DNA of 64,000 bases from Chlorokybus atmophyticus (taxonomy: Eukaryota; Plantae; Mesostigma and Chlorokybus algae). The number at the start of each line of letters is the position of its first letter. Position 1 is the first letter of the stretch. Below the pieces are notes generated by a model. It was not told the origin of the DNA. It worked only from the letters and a program-made list of their open reading frames with translations, and searched no databases. The stretch is from NCBI GenBank assembly GCA_009103225.1, contig RHPI01002619.1:1-64000 (forward strand), read 5' to 3'. The translations under genes and the position numbers were made by a program. Below are positions 25,385 through 36,280 of this stretch, piece after piece.

Positions 25385-26764
25385 ATGAATTGTGAGGTTA
25401 TCTCACTAAAGGAGCTGGTGAGAAGTTTTCCATGCCATTTGACTGTTGGATCTGTGCTCGGGTAAACCAGGAATGCGCATGAGGCGCTGCAGAAGACTCT
25501 GCCACTCACTGTTACATATCCACAGGAGGTGGAGTTCTACCAGATTCGGGAGGTGTTGCGATGTAAGCGCTCCACCTGCTCAGAGCTTTAGAAATGAGCG
25601 TGCTAAACACAACCTTGTTTTGCGTTGATGATGGCCTTCTGTGCCGGTTGAAGGGCGATGATTAATGTCATACAATCCAATCTTGCCACTTCCTTTATTT
25701 CCCGCATAGTACGTACCAGCCTATCTGTAAACTTGTTGCCTTGGGTTGTCCCCTGCAGGCATTCTGCACACAATACTATTTCACAGAGCCCTTGGGTTGG
25801 TCAAGCCGCGAGACGTCGACTCTGAGCTGTTCGACATAACATACGTACAGCTTGCTTCCTGCCTCTGTTGACCTGTTGTCTTCAATGGCAGCGGCATTCT
25901 TTGTGATTGAGAGCAAATCGCAGGTTCACTGTGGTGATCCTGCATTGGACAAAACGCTTGAGGAGAAGATTGACTTGTTCTGCAACTGGGTGGAGCGTCA
26001 ACCAGGGAAGCCGTACAAGTCTGGACAGGTGAACTTGTCGCGAAAAAGCGCAGGGAATTCATGTATGCTGCGATTTGTGTGCAGGGCGCATCATACTTGC
26101 TTGTTGTTGACAGATCAACCTGTCCTTTTATGAGAAAAGGCACAAGCACATCTGGTTTGGCACCAAGGAGCAGCGCTTGTACTGGGAGCAATGGTGCGTG
26201 CATCTGTCCGTGGTGCAGCCAGGCTCGTATGACACCGACGCAGGTAGAGTGCAAGCATGCTCAGGTTCATCAACTTTGCTTCATAAACCTTTGCTTACAG
26301 CTTCAAATGCATTTTACAAGTGACATTGTGTCTTGTGCTGTCTATCCATCTTGTCAGAACGCACAAGGCGTCACAAGGCTCTCGAAGAAGCTTTGAGCGA
26401 TGTGCTGCTGCAAATCTTGCGTGTCGCCAATGACAAACGCGAGCACATCCCGCCAGTGGTTTCACCGGAGGTGGCCACATTTCCGTACGAACTGACCATC
26501 CCAAGGTGAGATTCCGATGAGAGCAATGGCGTGGGCACAGGCTTACCAGAACACAAACACATCATGCCGGTGCTGAACACGGACACATGAGCGACCCATG
26601 TACAGTCCAAAATCACTCAGATGGGTCGTTGCTCGTGTAATGCAGTCTTTGTGATGCATTGATGCTAACGGTACCTTCTGACTGGCAGTGCGTCAGACTC
26701 TTCTTTTGGCATGGACATGTTCAAGCGGATGCTGCAAACACAACCGCCTGCCATGCTCAACTGA
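25385..26764 (+). CDS. ATG101: Autophagy-related protein 101 (HORMA domain), multi-exon
   Basis: Spliced peptide MNCEVISLKEL-EVEFYQIREVLR-CILHTILFHRALGLVKPRDVDSELFDITY-VHCGD...EEKIDLFCNWVE...LSFYEK...WF...RLYWEQW...HIPPV...FPYELTIP-...FGMDMFKRML, closely resembling plant ATG101. Confidence 0.95.
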
Positions 26765-27890
26765 CGTGAGCCAAGATCATTTCACTCGTCTGTTCTTTAC
26801 AGTAACAACTGTACAGTCTGTACATAAAAAAGAACTGCAGCTAGTTCTTGCACACGCATGTGCATTATTGCTGCAGTTGCATTGTACATAACAAGCCACG
26901 TCTGCAGAATCGGCACATGCGTGGTTGGTGCTTATTGACCTGACACTTGACATGGTGGTTGCAATGCATCTGGCACTGTAACTGTAGCATGCACGGCCCT
27001 GTTAGTATATATTAAGCAAAAAGATGCAAACGAGAGTGAGAATGCACATGCATGGTTAGTATACATTTTCCAATAGTGTCCGCATGTTTGATGGCTTGTG
27101 TCGGCAGGATGGACACATGACCAGAGCAAAAGGGATAACAACTCATGTCAGGTGATCACGCCCGTGACCACCTATGCCTCTCCCGTTACCATCGCTGACC
27201 AGCCAGGTAAGGGCATGGAACTTCATCTTACACACACACACACACACACACATGCATGTGTAGTTGCCTAGTTGAGCGGGAGTTGGTGCCCACCCCACTA
27301 GCCATGCATAGCAATGCAAAAGACAAAGTCACAAGTGAAAGTACATGGGGAGCAGCGAAGTCTGCCCGTATCATCAAAATAGGCGCACACAACCACGACA
27401 TGCACCGCCGCAGAGGGCGTTTCCGTGCATGCCGTACATGCATGCATGTGTGTACTGACAAAACCCTAAGACGGCAGCTGACAAGACGGCAGTAGGAGGC
27501 TTGGGTGAAGCGGGAAGGGGAGTCCGTTGAGTCCTGCTGCTGATGTAGCCGCTGCTGCTGCAAGAAGGCCGCTGACCAAGGCGCATGCGCAGGTGATGAC
27601 GCGCGCATGCATGCATGCATGTCTAATGGGTATGGGCAGTAGAGAAGGTAGATAGCAGCTAGGTTAGCAGCCCGGTTAATGAGAGTGCTTCATAGTATGG
27701 TGAGTAGACTGCTCATGCATGTGTGTATCACACTCTCATGCATGCCACAATCCTTGCATTCTATTTGTTTACACACACACACACACACACGCACGCACAC
27801 ACTTCACACACAATCAAGAATGGACAAATGTTCTGAACCTAAACATCTAGCAGTGGTGTTGCAAGGAAATTGCAGCCCAAGCGGTGGAGG

Positions 27891-29899
27891 TCACAATGAT
27901 GACAACAACCGCACAACCCTATCTTGAGCGCTTGGGCTGCAAGCAACAGCCTCTGTGAGCAATGCCTGTTGCAGAGAAAAGAACAAAACGCTGGTTGCAA
28001 CTGGTCACTCACCTGAATAGAAACCCTCCGTGTGGAGCATTTTCCAGCCATAGAACTTGTGCATGGGTGGGTTCCAAATGCCTGCGGTACACGGGGCAAG
28101 TCCAAGATGTTACGAAACAACAGTGTTGGCATGAGCTTGCCTGTTCTCTGGGAAATTAATTCTGTTGTTACACGGTAATAAGCTTGAGACTCCATTGAGT
28201 GAATGGCTTACTTGCGAATCAATGCGGCGGGGACAATATCGTCCTTGCCAGAGAGCAGGACTGCCACTTTTTCAGGCATTTCTTCGGGCCACATCTGTAG
28301 GCCCCACCACCAGAAGTTTCTGCAAAGGGACTCGGCAATGTGCAGCTCGCGTGAGCAGAAGTACCACCTCACGAAGTCCAACCAATACATTGGTCCCGGC
28401 GTAGGCGCCTTGTACACGAAGTTGTAGCACACATCCGGCAAACACAACAGGAAACAGACTGGATCCAAAAGTGCGACCCTCTCCACTGAACCTACGGATT
28501 GATAGCCAGGTTCATGCGAGTTCACAGCAGTACTGTTGCTGATAAGAGGCATGACAACAGCACGCAACACTCACCTGGGTACCGTTTGTGCAGTCGAGTC
28601 ACTACAAATGTGCCGTATGAGTGCGCAATGTAGCATGCTTTGTGCAGTTGGTGGCGCTGTCGAATGATTTCTAGAGAGTCTACAATGTCTTCGACGGACG
28701 CTTGCGCCCATGTGATGCGCATGGCTATGTGTGGGAGTTCCACAATGACTGACGGCTGCAACGAGACAAGGTGAGACAGAGTGGTGCTGGCATGCAAGCA
28801 ACACAGTCAACCATGGCAACAATGCACACCTGCTGTGGTGGACACAGCTTGTCAAGGAAGCTGAGGTATGGCGCAAGTCCGACACCAATGCCATGCACAA
28901 AGATGCGAGGCTCTCGTATGCTGTCTGCCACCATGGCTGTTTGCATTGATGGAGGTCGATACCAATAACCAACGCAACCAGCATGCAACTTCCTGTGACA
29001 AGCAATGTCGATCAGCTTTCTCAGCTTTACAAGTATGCGATGCACGCGAGCGAGACAGAATAGAATTGAGATTGCTCAAGGCAAATAACATGCAGTTAAC
29101 ATGAATAGTCAACATAACAATGCAATGCAGGATAACAGTGTGTGAGTGGCCAACGCACTCACCTGTAGCCCCACGCCTGCAGAACCAGTCCTGTCAAAAA
29201 GGCTACACTGTGCGACCATAGGAAAATGATAACGGGTCGTGGAAGAACATTCAGCTCCTCTCTTGTGTGTGCCATGTATGTCAATCTGGGGTTGTAACCT
29301 TCCGGAAACTTTATTTGCCACTCGGATTCAATCTGTTCAATGAACCACGTCAGTTGTTCACGCTCCTGTGTTGAGAGTTCTTCCATGGAGCTGTTGAAGA
29401 AGCCGTGCGCGATCAGCTCAAACACGTTGTCTCGCTGGACATCTTTGAAGTCAGCTCCCAGAAACCAGTATTGGATAAATGCATGTATGTCTAACACCTC
29501 CCTGGACAAAGCCACTGTAAGTTACTTTGTGACATGCCGGTGGCGATGTTGCTGGACACAATATGTCAACCATTCAAGTCAACTCACTTCAACTTCAGGA
29601 TGCGTTGCAATACAATATGTCGGTCTGGGAAGTCAATAGCAGGTTGACTTCGTAGCTCTTCAGCACGTCGTTTCCTTAAAACAAAATATACAAGATGCAA
29701 CACCTGTTGGAAACACATAAAACAAGCTGTAACTCAATACACCATCTTCGGTTAGTGCGTGAGGTTGCAAAAGTAACTACACATAAGTATAAACTGGCAG
29801 TACCTCTAAGCAAGCCCACAATGCTGCCGCCCCAATAAATGCTTGCAGCTTCCATACCAATAGCACCGCCGCCACAGCAGGTGCACCAAACAACACCAT
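27891..29899 (-). CDS. Alpha/beta-hydrolase fold protein with an N-terminal hydrophobic segment, multi-exon; start codon uncertain
   Basis: IFVHGIGVGLAPY; nucleophile elbow AHSYGT; VALLDPVCF; LSGKDDIVP (acid); APHGGFLF (His). The last exon reads SPSAQDRVVRLLSSL followed by a stop at 27891. Confidence 0.8.
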
Positions 29900-31604
29900 C
29901 GTTAGAAGTATCCTGCCATGATGCAGCTGTGTTTTACAATACACCAAAACCGACGCAACAGAGAATTAGGGCAACTGGTTAGCTGAGATATAGGCTCTGG
30001 GTATAGCTTGCAGGTGTGGTTTGGGCTAACATTGTTGGATTGAGCGCTAGGTGTCTTTTTGACTAGCCTACTACTCTTCTCGACTATCCCACAGTTCTGC
30101 ACCCGGGGGAGGNATCACCATTTGCCAAGCTCCTCCAACAAGTTTGATGCTCGACTGTGTGTTGGGGGGGAGGGGGGGCTGTGCATGCTAGTGACTTCAT
30201 CTGACTGGACAACAGATCGGCTGTGAAGAATATTGTTCATGCTTTTATGGCAGGGGACAAGGCAATCATGCTTGACCAGAGCTTGGCGTCACTGATATAC
30301 ACAGCATGAGTACATCAGTGACATCAGGCTTGTTGAGGTACCACTTGAAAACATGGCGTTCACATATTGCACATGCACTAATGGCATCAATTACTTGGTC
30401 GTGGCTCGTCTGTATCAACACTCCTTCAAGAAACGGAAAAAGGTTGATCAAGTGAACTGTGTTATCCCTGTCACTGTCAGCCGACTGCTACAGTGGTCGA
30501 AATCCGCCATCGCAGTGCCTTGATTGAAAAGCAACCACCCAAAACTGGTACAAGACCGACTGATTGTACGTGAACTGACACTGCGTATTGTAGTAATACG
30601 CAGTGTCTGTTCAACTCTCTCAGCTCTACTGAGCGATGTACTACAGGTGCATGTCACGCAAGATGACGGGGCAGTGTCGTACACTTTACCTACTGTAAGC
30701 AGCACGCACAATTGTGTTCTGACAATTGTTTCTTACAGCTTTTGGCACAGCTGCTTACAATCTGTCGCTGTGCCAAGGTGAAGGCCCTCCCCCACTGCTG
30801 ACGCCCTTGCTGTCGCCACGGCCGCCGCCGCCGCCAGATCGAACAGGCCTCTCCGTCACCACAGGCTCTTGGAGGGAGGCCATGACGGCGGCGGCGCGAG
30901 TGCGGCCGCCTGCGGCGGCGGTCCTGAGGAGGCTGCTAGCGCTCCACATGGCTCCTCCACCCCAACCCCTAGTTGCTGTTCCAATACCAACAAGACCCCT
31001 GCAAGGTGCACCAGGCCACGCTGCTGCTGTTAATGATGGTGCTGCTGCAAGTTGCGTGCTCAGCCTGCTCGCAAGGAGCAAGTGCTTGGTGCGGCCCCAG
31101 GCTTGCACCGTAGCTCTCACCAGAAGCCTCTGCGGCGTACCAACCCCAGCATGCCCGACCAACCTCACCACCACCAGCATACTACAGGCATAATTACCAC
31201 CGCCGCCGCCGCCGCTCTAAACCGCGTACGCGATATAACGGTGATCAATTTTCTTTGCACGCTTAACGCCGCGCCCGCTCAGCTGTCCGCACACGTTACA
31301 AACACACAAATTCTCTCCCGCCTTGCACCCCAAACGGTCAGCTTTGCACTTGTTTAGGCACCTAAATTGCGCTGCACATGAGTCGCACAAACTTTCTGAG
31401 GCTTTAACAGCGCCCGGTATATGCCACGTGGCTGGTTGCTGCGCAAGCTGCCAGTTTGGCCTGATCTCGTTGATCACCTCGTCCATGAGTACTGCCGGTA
31501 CGGTACAGCACTTGGTTGTTGTCGTTTCGTACTTTGCTGTACAAAGTGTACCTCTGCGTGCTTACGTGGTCCGCGTACGGTCCTGTCTCGCTTGGTTTCT
31601 CGGA

Positions 31605-31770
31605 ATTATACTACTTTGCACACGATGAACGATTTACATTCCTTTTGTTTCAAACAATTATCCTACCTACAGTCCAACTTTGGCAAGAACACCTAAGCCC
31701 TACGATCATACGCGTTCATCGTTATAAGTATGATTTACACGATGAACAACTGCGAATGCATTGAACATTC
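31605..31770. repeat. Split direct repeat B, terminal copy
   Basis: attatactactttgcacacg...gcattgaacattc, identical to 32207-32372. Confidence 0.95.
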
Positions 31771-32008
31771 GGGATGTACCGACGGTGGCTAGCAATGAAG
31801 CGAAATGCCGTCGATGTAACAACGTAATTGCACGGTCAGCAGCACGCCATTGACGCAACCCGGATCCTATTCAACCGAGACGAATGCATTTAGAATCACG
31901 ATCCATTTATCTCGTTCCTGAGCATGAGCATGAACTTGAAAGCGCAATCGAGACGAGGCGCATAGTTCTTGTGAAGCGCGGCGGCGCATCAGGGTGGGGC
32001 GGGAAGGG

Positions 32009-32372
32009 CGAATTTTCGCCGTCGCCAGCAGCGTCGCCAACAACGCCGCCGCTGAGGTGACGGCCTCAACTGCTCTGTTGCTTGACACGTGTGTGTCAAG
32101 CAACAGAGGCAAACCCTAACTTAAACTATACGTATTAATCACTTACTTATTAATTTGTTAAACGAAAAACTCGCCGGCCAATAGTTGAAGCCGACGAGTA
32201 ATGCCCATTATACTACTTTGCACACGATGAACGATTTACATTCCTTTTGTTTCAAACAATTATCCTACCTACAGTCCAACTTTGGCAAGAACACCTAAGC
32301 CCTACGATCATACGCGTTCATCGTTATAAGTATGATTTACACGATGAACAACTGCGAATGCATTGAACATTC
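32009..32372. repeat. Internal fused A+B repeat junction (A 32009-32207, B 32207-32372)
   Basis: The A copy runs directly into the B copy, sharing one A at 32207. Confidence 0.95.
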
Positions 32373-32438
32373 TACCTCCCCCTCCCAAGCATATATCAGT
32401 AGGGACGAGTTGTAGGTGTAGAGCCTGGTGTATTTGTA

Positions 32439-33788
32439 TTGCCAAAGTTGCAAATCAAGATAGTTTTGTTTGGTTGCCTGACACAGTGTTTGATCCTTGC
32501 GCAGAGTGCTGCGCGCAGTCGTCTGACAATGTGTGTGATCGTTGTGCAGATGGACTTCGCACAGCGCTTGCAACATACCGCTGATGCACAACGCACCGCA
32601 CGCGCGACTGTGCGTCCACAGCAAGTAATGGGGTGTAATCTGCGAGAGCGAGCAGCAGCAGCGCTTTTGGAAGTAGAGCGCATCAGTCGTGAAGCTGTAT
32701 CTGATGGCACTCGCGACCAACGCGATCGCGTCTGGCAAGAGTTTGCCAACTACCTGCAACATCCTGAGCTCAACATTGCCGTCGCCAACGTCACCCCAGC
32801 TATTGTCACAAGCTACCTTGCTGGGCACTGGACCGACACACACATCGGCAAAGCTCGCAGGCTCGACCGCCATGGTCATCGCATGATCGCCAGCACCACA
32901 CTAGACAATGTGATCTCACATCTCACATGCTCCTTCAGACTTCTAGGGCGCATCAGCCCATGGGACAGCGACACATCCACAGGGAACCCGCTTCTGTCCA
33001 TAGACGTGCGCGAGTTCCGTCAAGGATATGCAAAGATTGCTGCTCGGCAAGGAGTTCAACCTATTCCTGCTGTGCCATTGGCAATTGATGACATGCGAAC
33101 GCTTATCGCATACTTCCAACACCAGCTGTTTACCATACCTCAGCAACTGACAGTCACACATGATAAGGCTGTGCTCTGGCGCGACTATGCACTTTGCCTA
33201 TACCTATGGTGCACATGGCAACGGGGTGGTGAAGGTGCGCGTTTACAGATGCACGAGATACAAGCGGCAGGTTCTGGGTTGACGGCCACTGTAACACATC
33301 TCAAGAATTACAGCACTGGAGGTGCACCCACTATACCAGTGCGCAGCAGTGGTTTGCCTGTGGAGTTCTCTGAAGTGCTCTATGCCTATTTGACCTACTG
33401 TCGCGGGAGCTGCTTTGCCATCACCGCTGGTCCTCTATTTCGGCCTGTTGCGAAGAATAGGTTGAAGTGGGAAGAACATAGCATGTCTGGTAACTGTGCA
33501 TACCATGCAATTGCGCGCTGCTGCAAGGCATGTGGCATATATAGGCCGCACCTGGGGTTGCACTCTTTCAGACGTGGTGCCGCTCAGAGCGCCTTCCGCT
33601 GTGGCGTTACTCTGGAAGAAATACAAGCTCAAGGCACATGGAGAAGTTCTGTTATCATGCACCGTTACCTACACGAAAGGTGCGCTTACCCAATGCACAA
33701 AAGCACAAATGTATGGGTAGCGTCCAGGGTTGATGCTGTTTTCGGGTACTCGAGCACCACGTTCAAACCATTCGGGCCGTGGGCCTAA
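32439..33788 (+). CDS. Tyrosine recombinase of the DIRS element, antisense to gag/pol; likely start ATG 32550
   Basis: Catalytic set R (CTWQRGGEG), K (HLKNY), HxxR (LHSFRRGAA), W (QGTWRS) and Y (MHRY). Uninterrupted ORF. Confidence 0.93.
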   Translation: MPKLQIKIVLFGCLTQCLILAQSAARSRLTMCVIVVQMDFAQRLQHTADAQRTARATVRPQQVMGCNLRERAAAALLEVERISREAVSDGTRDQRDRVWQEFANYLQHPELNIAVANVTPAIVTSYLAGHWTDTHIGKARRLDRHGHRMIASTTLDNVISHLTCSFRLLGRISPWDSDTSTGNPLLSIDVREFRQGYAKIAARQGVQPIPAVPLAIDDMRTLIAYFQHQLFTIPQQLTVTHDKAVLWRDYALCLYLWCTWQRGGEGARLQMHEIQAAGSGLTATVTHLKNYSTGGAPTIPVRSSGLPVEFSEVLYAYLTYCRGSCFAITAGPLFRPVAKNRLKWEEHSMSGNCAYHAIARCCKACGIYRPHLGLHSFRRGAAQSAFRCGVTLEEIQAQGTWRSSVIMHRYLHERCAYPMHKSTNVWVASRVDAVFGYSSTTFKPFGPWA

Positions 33789-35927
33789 TCTCTCATAATA
33801 AGTGAATTGCCAGTTGCGGAACACTGGCCACCACACAGCAGAGTGCCATTCAGGCACCAACACCACAGCTGGCAGCTGGTAATATTGCAATAATGCTATG
33901 GCTTCATGCAGGAGGGCCAATGGCGGGTGACACCAAACAAAGCCGCCCCCTAAGCGTTGAAGAACATCGCGCCAGTTTGTAGTAAGAGCATTGCCCAAAC
34001 TTCCAGGCATGTGTATGTAACTCAAATAAGCAGGTGCTTTGCTGTTCCAATCAGCTGCAAAACAATCCAAAATTGGGTGTCCAACACGTTGTTGTACAAG
34101 CGCGGTTGCGTCTGCGGTCAGGGCCCAATCTCCTCTGTCAGTAAATTTAGATAATGCATCCGCATCACGCAGCTCATCACGTGAGCGCCACACACATGTC
34201 AGCGCAATATCACGCTCCCAGCACAAAGACCACAATTGATGTAAAGCTTGTAGGATATGAGGCTCAGAAGCAGACAGCTTGTTGAGCATTTGAATCGCTG
34301 GTTGACAATCGCCAATAATGCGCACTGTACAGTGCTGAAGATCGTGCGTGCGTGCTACTTCAGTAAATGCTTGGACATAAGCGAGTGCCTCTTTGATGGC
34401 CGAAGGCAGCGACATATGCTCAGGCTGAAAGTTGCCTGCCATGCGAGGCCAAGGACCTGTCGCCCCCCAACCAATGGTACCCGAAGCATCCACGTGCAGC
34501 TCAAGCAGTACGGGGGGCTTCCACCAAGCGTTGCCATTGTAAGTCTGCAAGCCAGCCGCAGTCCACTCATAGAAGTGTCTGAAGGCGTTCGTATCACTCA
34601 CAGTATCGTCCCATGCATCAGCAACCAACGCTAAACGCATCAGCTGGCGAGCATAAATGCTTGCAGGTGCAAAAGCTAGTCTTAGCGCAATCAATTTGCC
34701 AGCAATGCGTGCCAGATGACGCTTGGTCAATATAGGAGCTTCTGCTAACTCTTTCATCAGCTGCAATAGCTTGGTCAGCTTGCTTGCAGGAATAGCAAAA
34801 GAGCCTGCCACAGTGTCCACCAGCAGACCCAACATCTGTACCACCTGCTCCGGCCACAACTGGCTTTTCTTCACAGAAATATATATTCCAAGCACCTTAA
34901 ACAGACGCAATACGCGGCGAATGCGCCAGCACAAATGCCAACGATTGGAATGGCTGAAGTGCATGTCATCAATATAGGAAAGGCATGGAAAGCTCATAGC
35001 CCGTAAAGGCGTGAAGATAGTGGACATCAAGTTCGTAAACAGCCAGCATGCTTGACTCAGGCCAAATGGCAGCACATTCCACCTGTATGTGACTCCAGCA
35101 AATCGCAAAGCCAAGTAAGGCTTGCTGTCCTCATGAATGGGCACATGATGATAACCCGACTTCAAGTCCGCTGTTACTTGCCAAAAGTGGCGCTTTGTGT
35201 ACAGCAATATATCGCGCAACCTCTCATAGTTGAAGGGAATGTGGCGCAAAAAGAGGTTGATATACCTCAGGTCCATAATGAGTCGCAAACGTTTTTCCTG
35301 CTCAACCACTCCTATGCCAGTGACCACTGCCGCGCTGTGCGCATTAACTACAGAGATTGCTCCTGTTGTCACCAAATTTGCCAACTCACTGACAACGTAT
35401 TCGCGATGTATAGAAGCGGACTTGCGATTTCGAAACACAACTGGTGTTGGGGAATTGCGTGACAGCATAATTGTAATATCCTCAACAGCAAAGCCTTCGG
35501 CCTGTAACAATGCATGTACTTCTTCCCACTTGCGTCTATCCGATGCTTGAGTGCCGACCCATTGTAAGCGATACCCGTAACGCAACCAGTCAAGCACAAA
35601 TGTCTTCTTGCTTTGCATCGTCAAGTGAAACCATGTGGTCCATGCTGCGAGCTTCTGCTGCAAAGAGGCTGCCACAAAATTTTCCGCATTAAGAGTTTCG
35701 GTGTGTAGCTGCTCTGCCCATTGGGTTGCTGAGCTAGGATGCTCTTCAAAGCCTGTTGACACTTGTGACAACTCCGCATATACTGAACGAATGTCCTCTT
35801 GTTGCTGTGCAATAGGTAAGCTCGCAACAGTGTGTGGCACTTGTGTAATAACATCAGTGTGCTCCTCTGGTGGGGACAAAGGGTCCACTGCCAAAGCTGG
35901 CATTGCAGGATCCCACTCTGCTTGCAT
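33669..35927 (-). CDS. DIRS pol: reverse transcriptase, RNase H and C-terminal adenine-methyltransferase-like domain; frame open upstream to 36086
   Basis: RT KRLRLIMDLRYIN, TADLKSGYHHV, LPFGLS, YIDDM; RNase H HVDAS, IKEALA, GDCQ, ADALSK; MT-like LDCFAADWNSK...WCHPPL...LVPEW...WWP. Uninterrupted ORF. Confidence 0.95.
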   Translation of the reverse strand: MQAEWDPAMPALAVDPLSPPEEHTDVITQVPHTVASLPIAQQQEDIRSVYAELSQVSTGFEEHPSSATQWAEQLHTETLNAENFVAASLQQKLAAWTTWFHLTMQSKKTFVLDWLRYGYRLQWVGTQASDRRKWEEVHALLQAEGFAVEDITIMLSRNSPTPVVFRNRKSASIHREYVVSELANLVTTGAISVVNAHSAAVVTGIGVVEQEKRLRLIMDLRYINLFLRHIPFNYERLRDILLYTKRHFWQVTADLKSGYHHVPIHEDSKPYLALRFAGVTYRWNVLPFGLSQACWLFTNLMSTIFTPLRAMSFPCLSYIDDMHFSHSNRWHLCWRIRRVLRLFKVLGIYISVKKSQLWPEQVVQMLGLLVDTVAGSFAIPASKLTKLLQLMKELAEAPILTKRHLARIAGKLIALRLAFAPASIYARQLMRLALVADAWDDTVSDTNAFRHFYEWTAAGLQTYNGNAWWKPPVLLELHVDASGTIGWGATGPWPRMAGNFQPEHMSLPSAIKEALAYVQAFTEVARTHDLQHCTVRIIGDCQPAIQMLNKLSASEPHILQALHQLWSLCWERDIALTCVWRSRDELRDADALSKFTDRGDWALTADATALVQQRVGHPILDCFAADWNSKAPAYLSYIHMPGSLGNALTTNWRDVLQRLGGGFVWCHPPLALLHEAIALLQYYQLPAVVLVPEWHSAVWWPVFRNWQFTYYERLGPRPEWFERGARVPENSINPGRYPYICAFVHWVSAPFV

Positions 35928-36280
35928 GCAATCATCCTCAAGAATGGCACTAATAGCGACGAGTTCTTCAGATGTGCTATGTCTGCGCACATGCCAATCA
36001 ATTAAGCTATACCAGAAGTGACTATTGGCCTTTCGTATGCGAAATAACCCTGTCAAGTAACATACAGCTGTGTGTATCATACACACATGCCATTGTCAGC
36101 CATGAACAGCTGCACTTCAAGTACACTATAATACATCATCCAAACATGCATACATGCGCAGTTGCGCGCATACATGCATACATGCGCGCTTGCGCCAGCT
36201 ATGATACACACCAGCACCTGTCGACATCTTCTGCTATTGCACTGTAGCTACTCGGCAGCTGTACTGGCAGCATGACTTAC

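Noticed and set aside
30755-31500. ORFs on both strands left of the DIRS element
   Set aside because: GC-rich and possibly genic, but I could not choose a strand or identify a product.
31867-32112. ORF starting in repeat A (MPLLLDTHVSS...), duplicated at 37789-38028
   Set aside because: A by-product of the repeated non-coding terminal sequence.
31605-32372. Repeat-spacer-repeat pattern as a possible CRISPR-like array
   Set aside because: The repeats are 166-199 bp and fully explained as DIRS split direct repeats; the context is eukaryotic and there are no cas genes.
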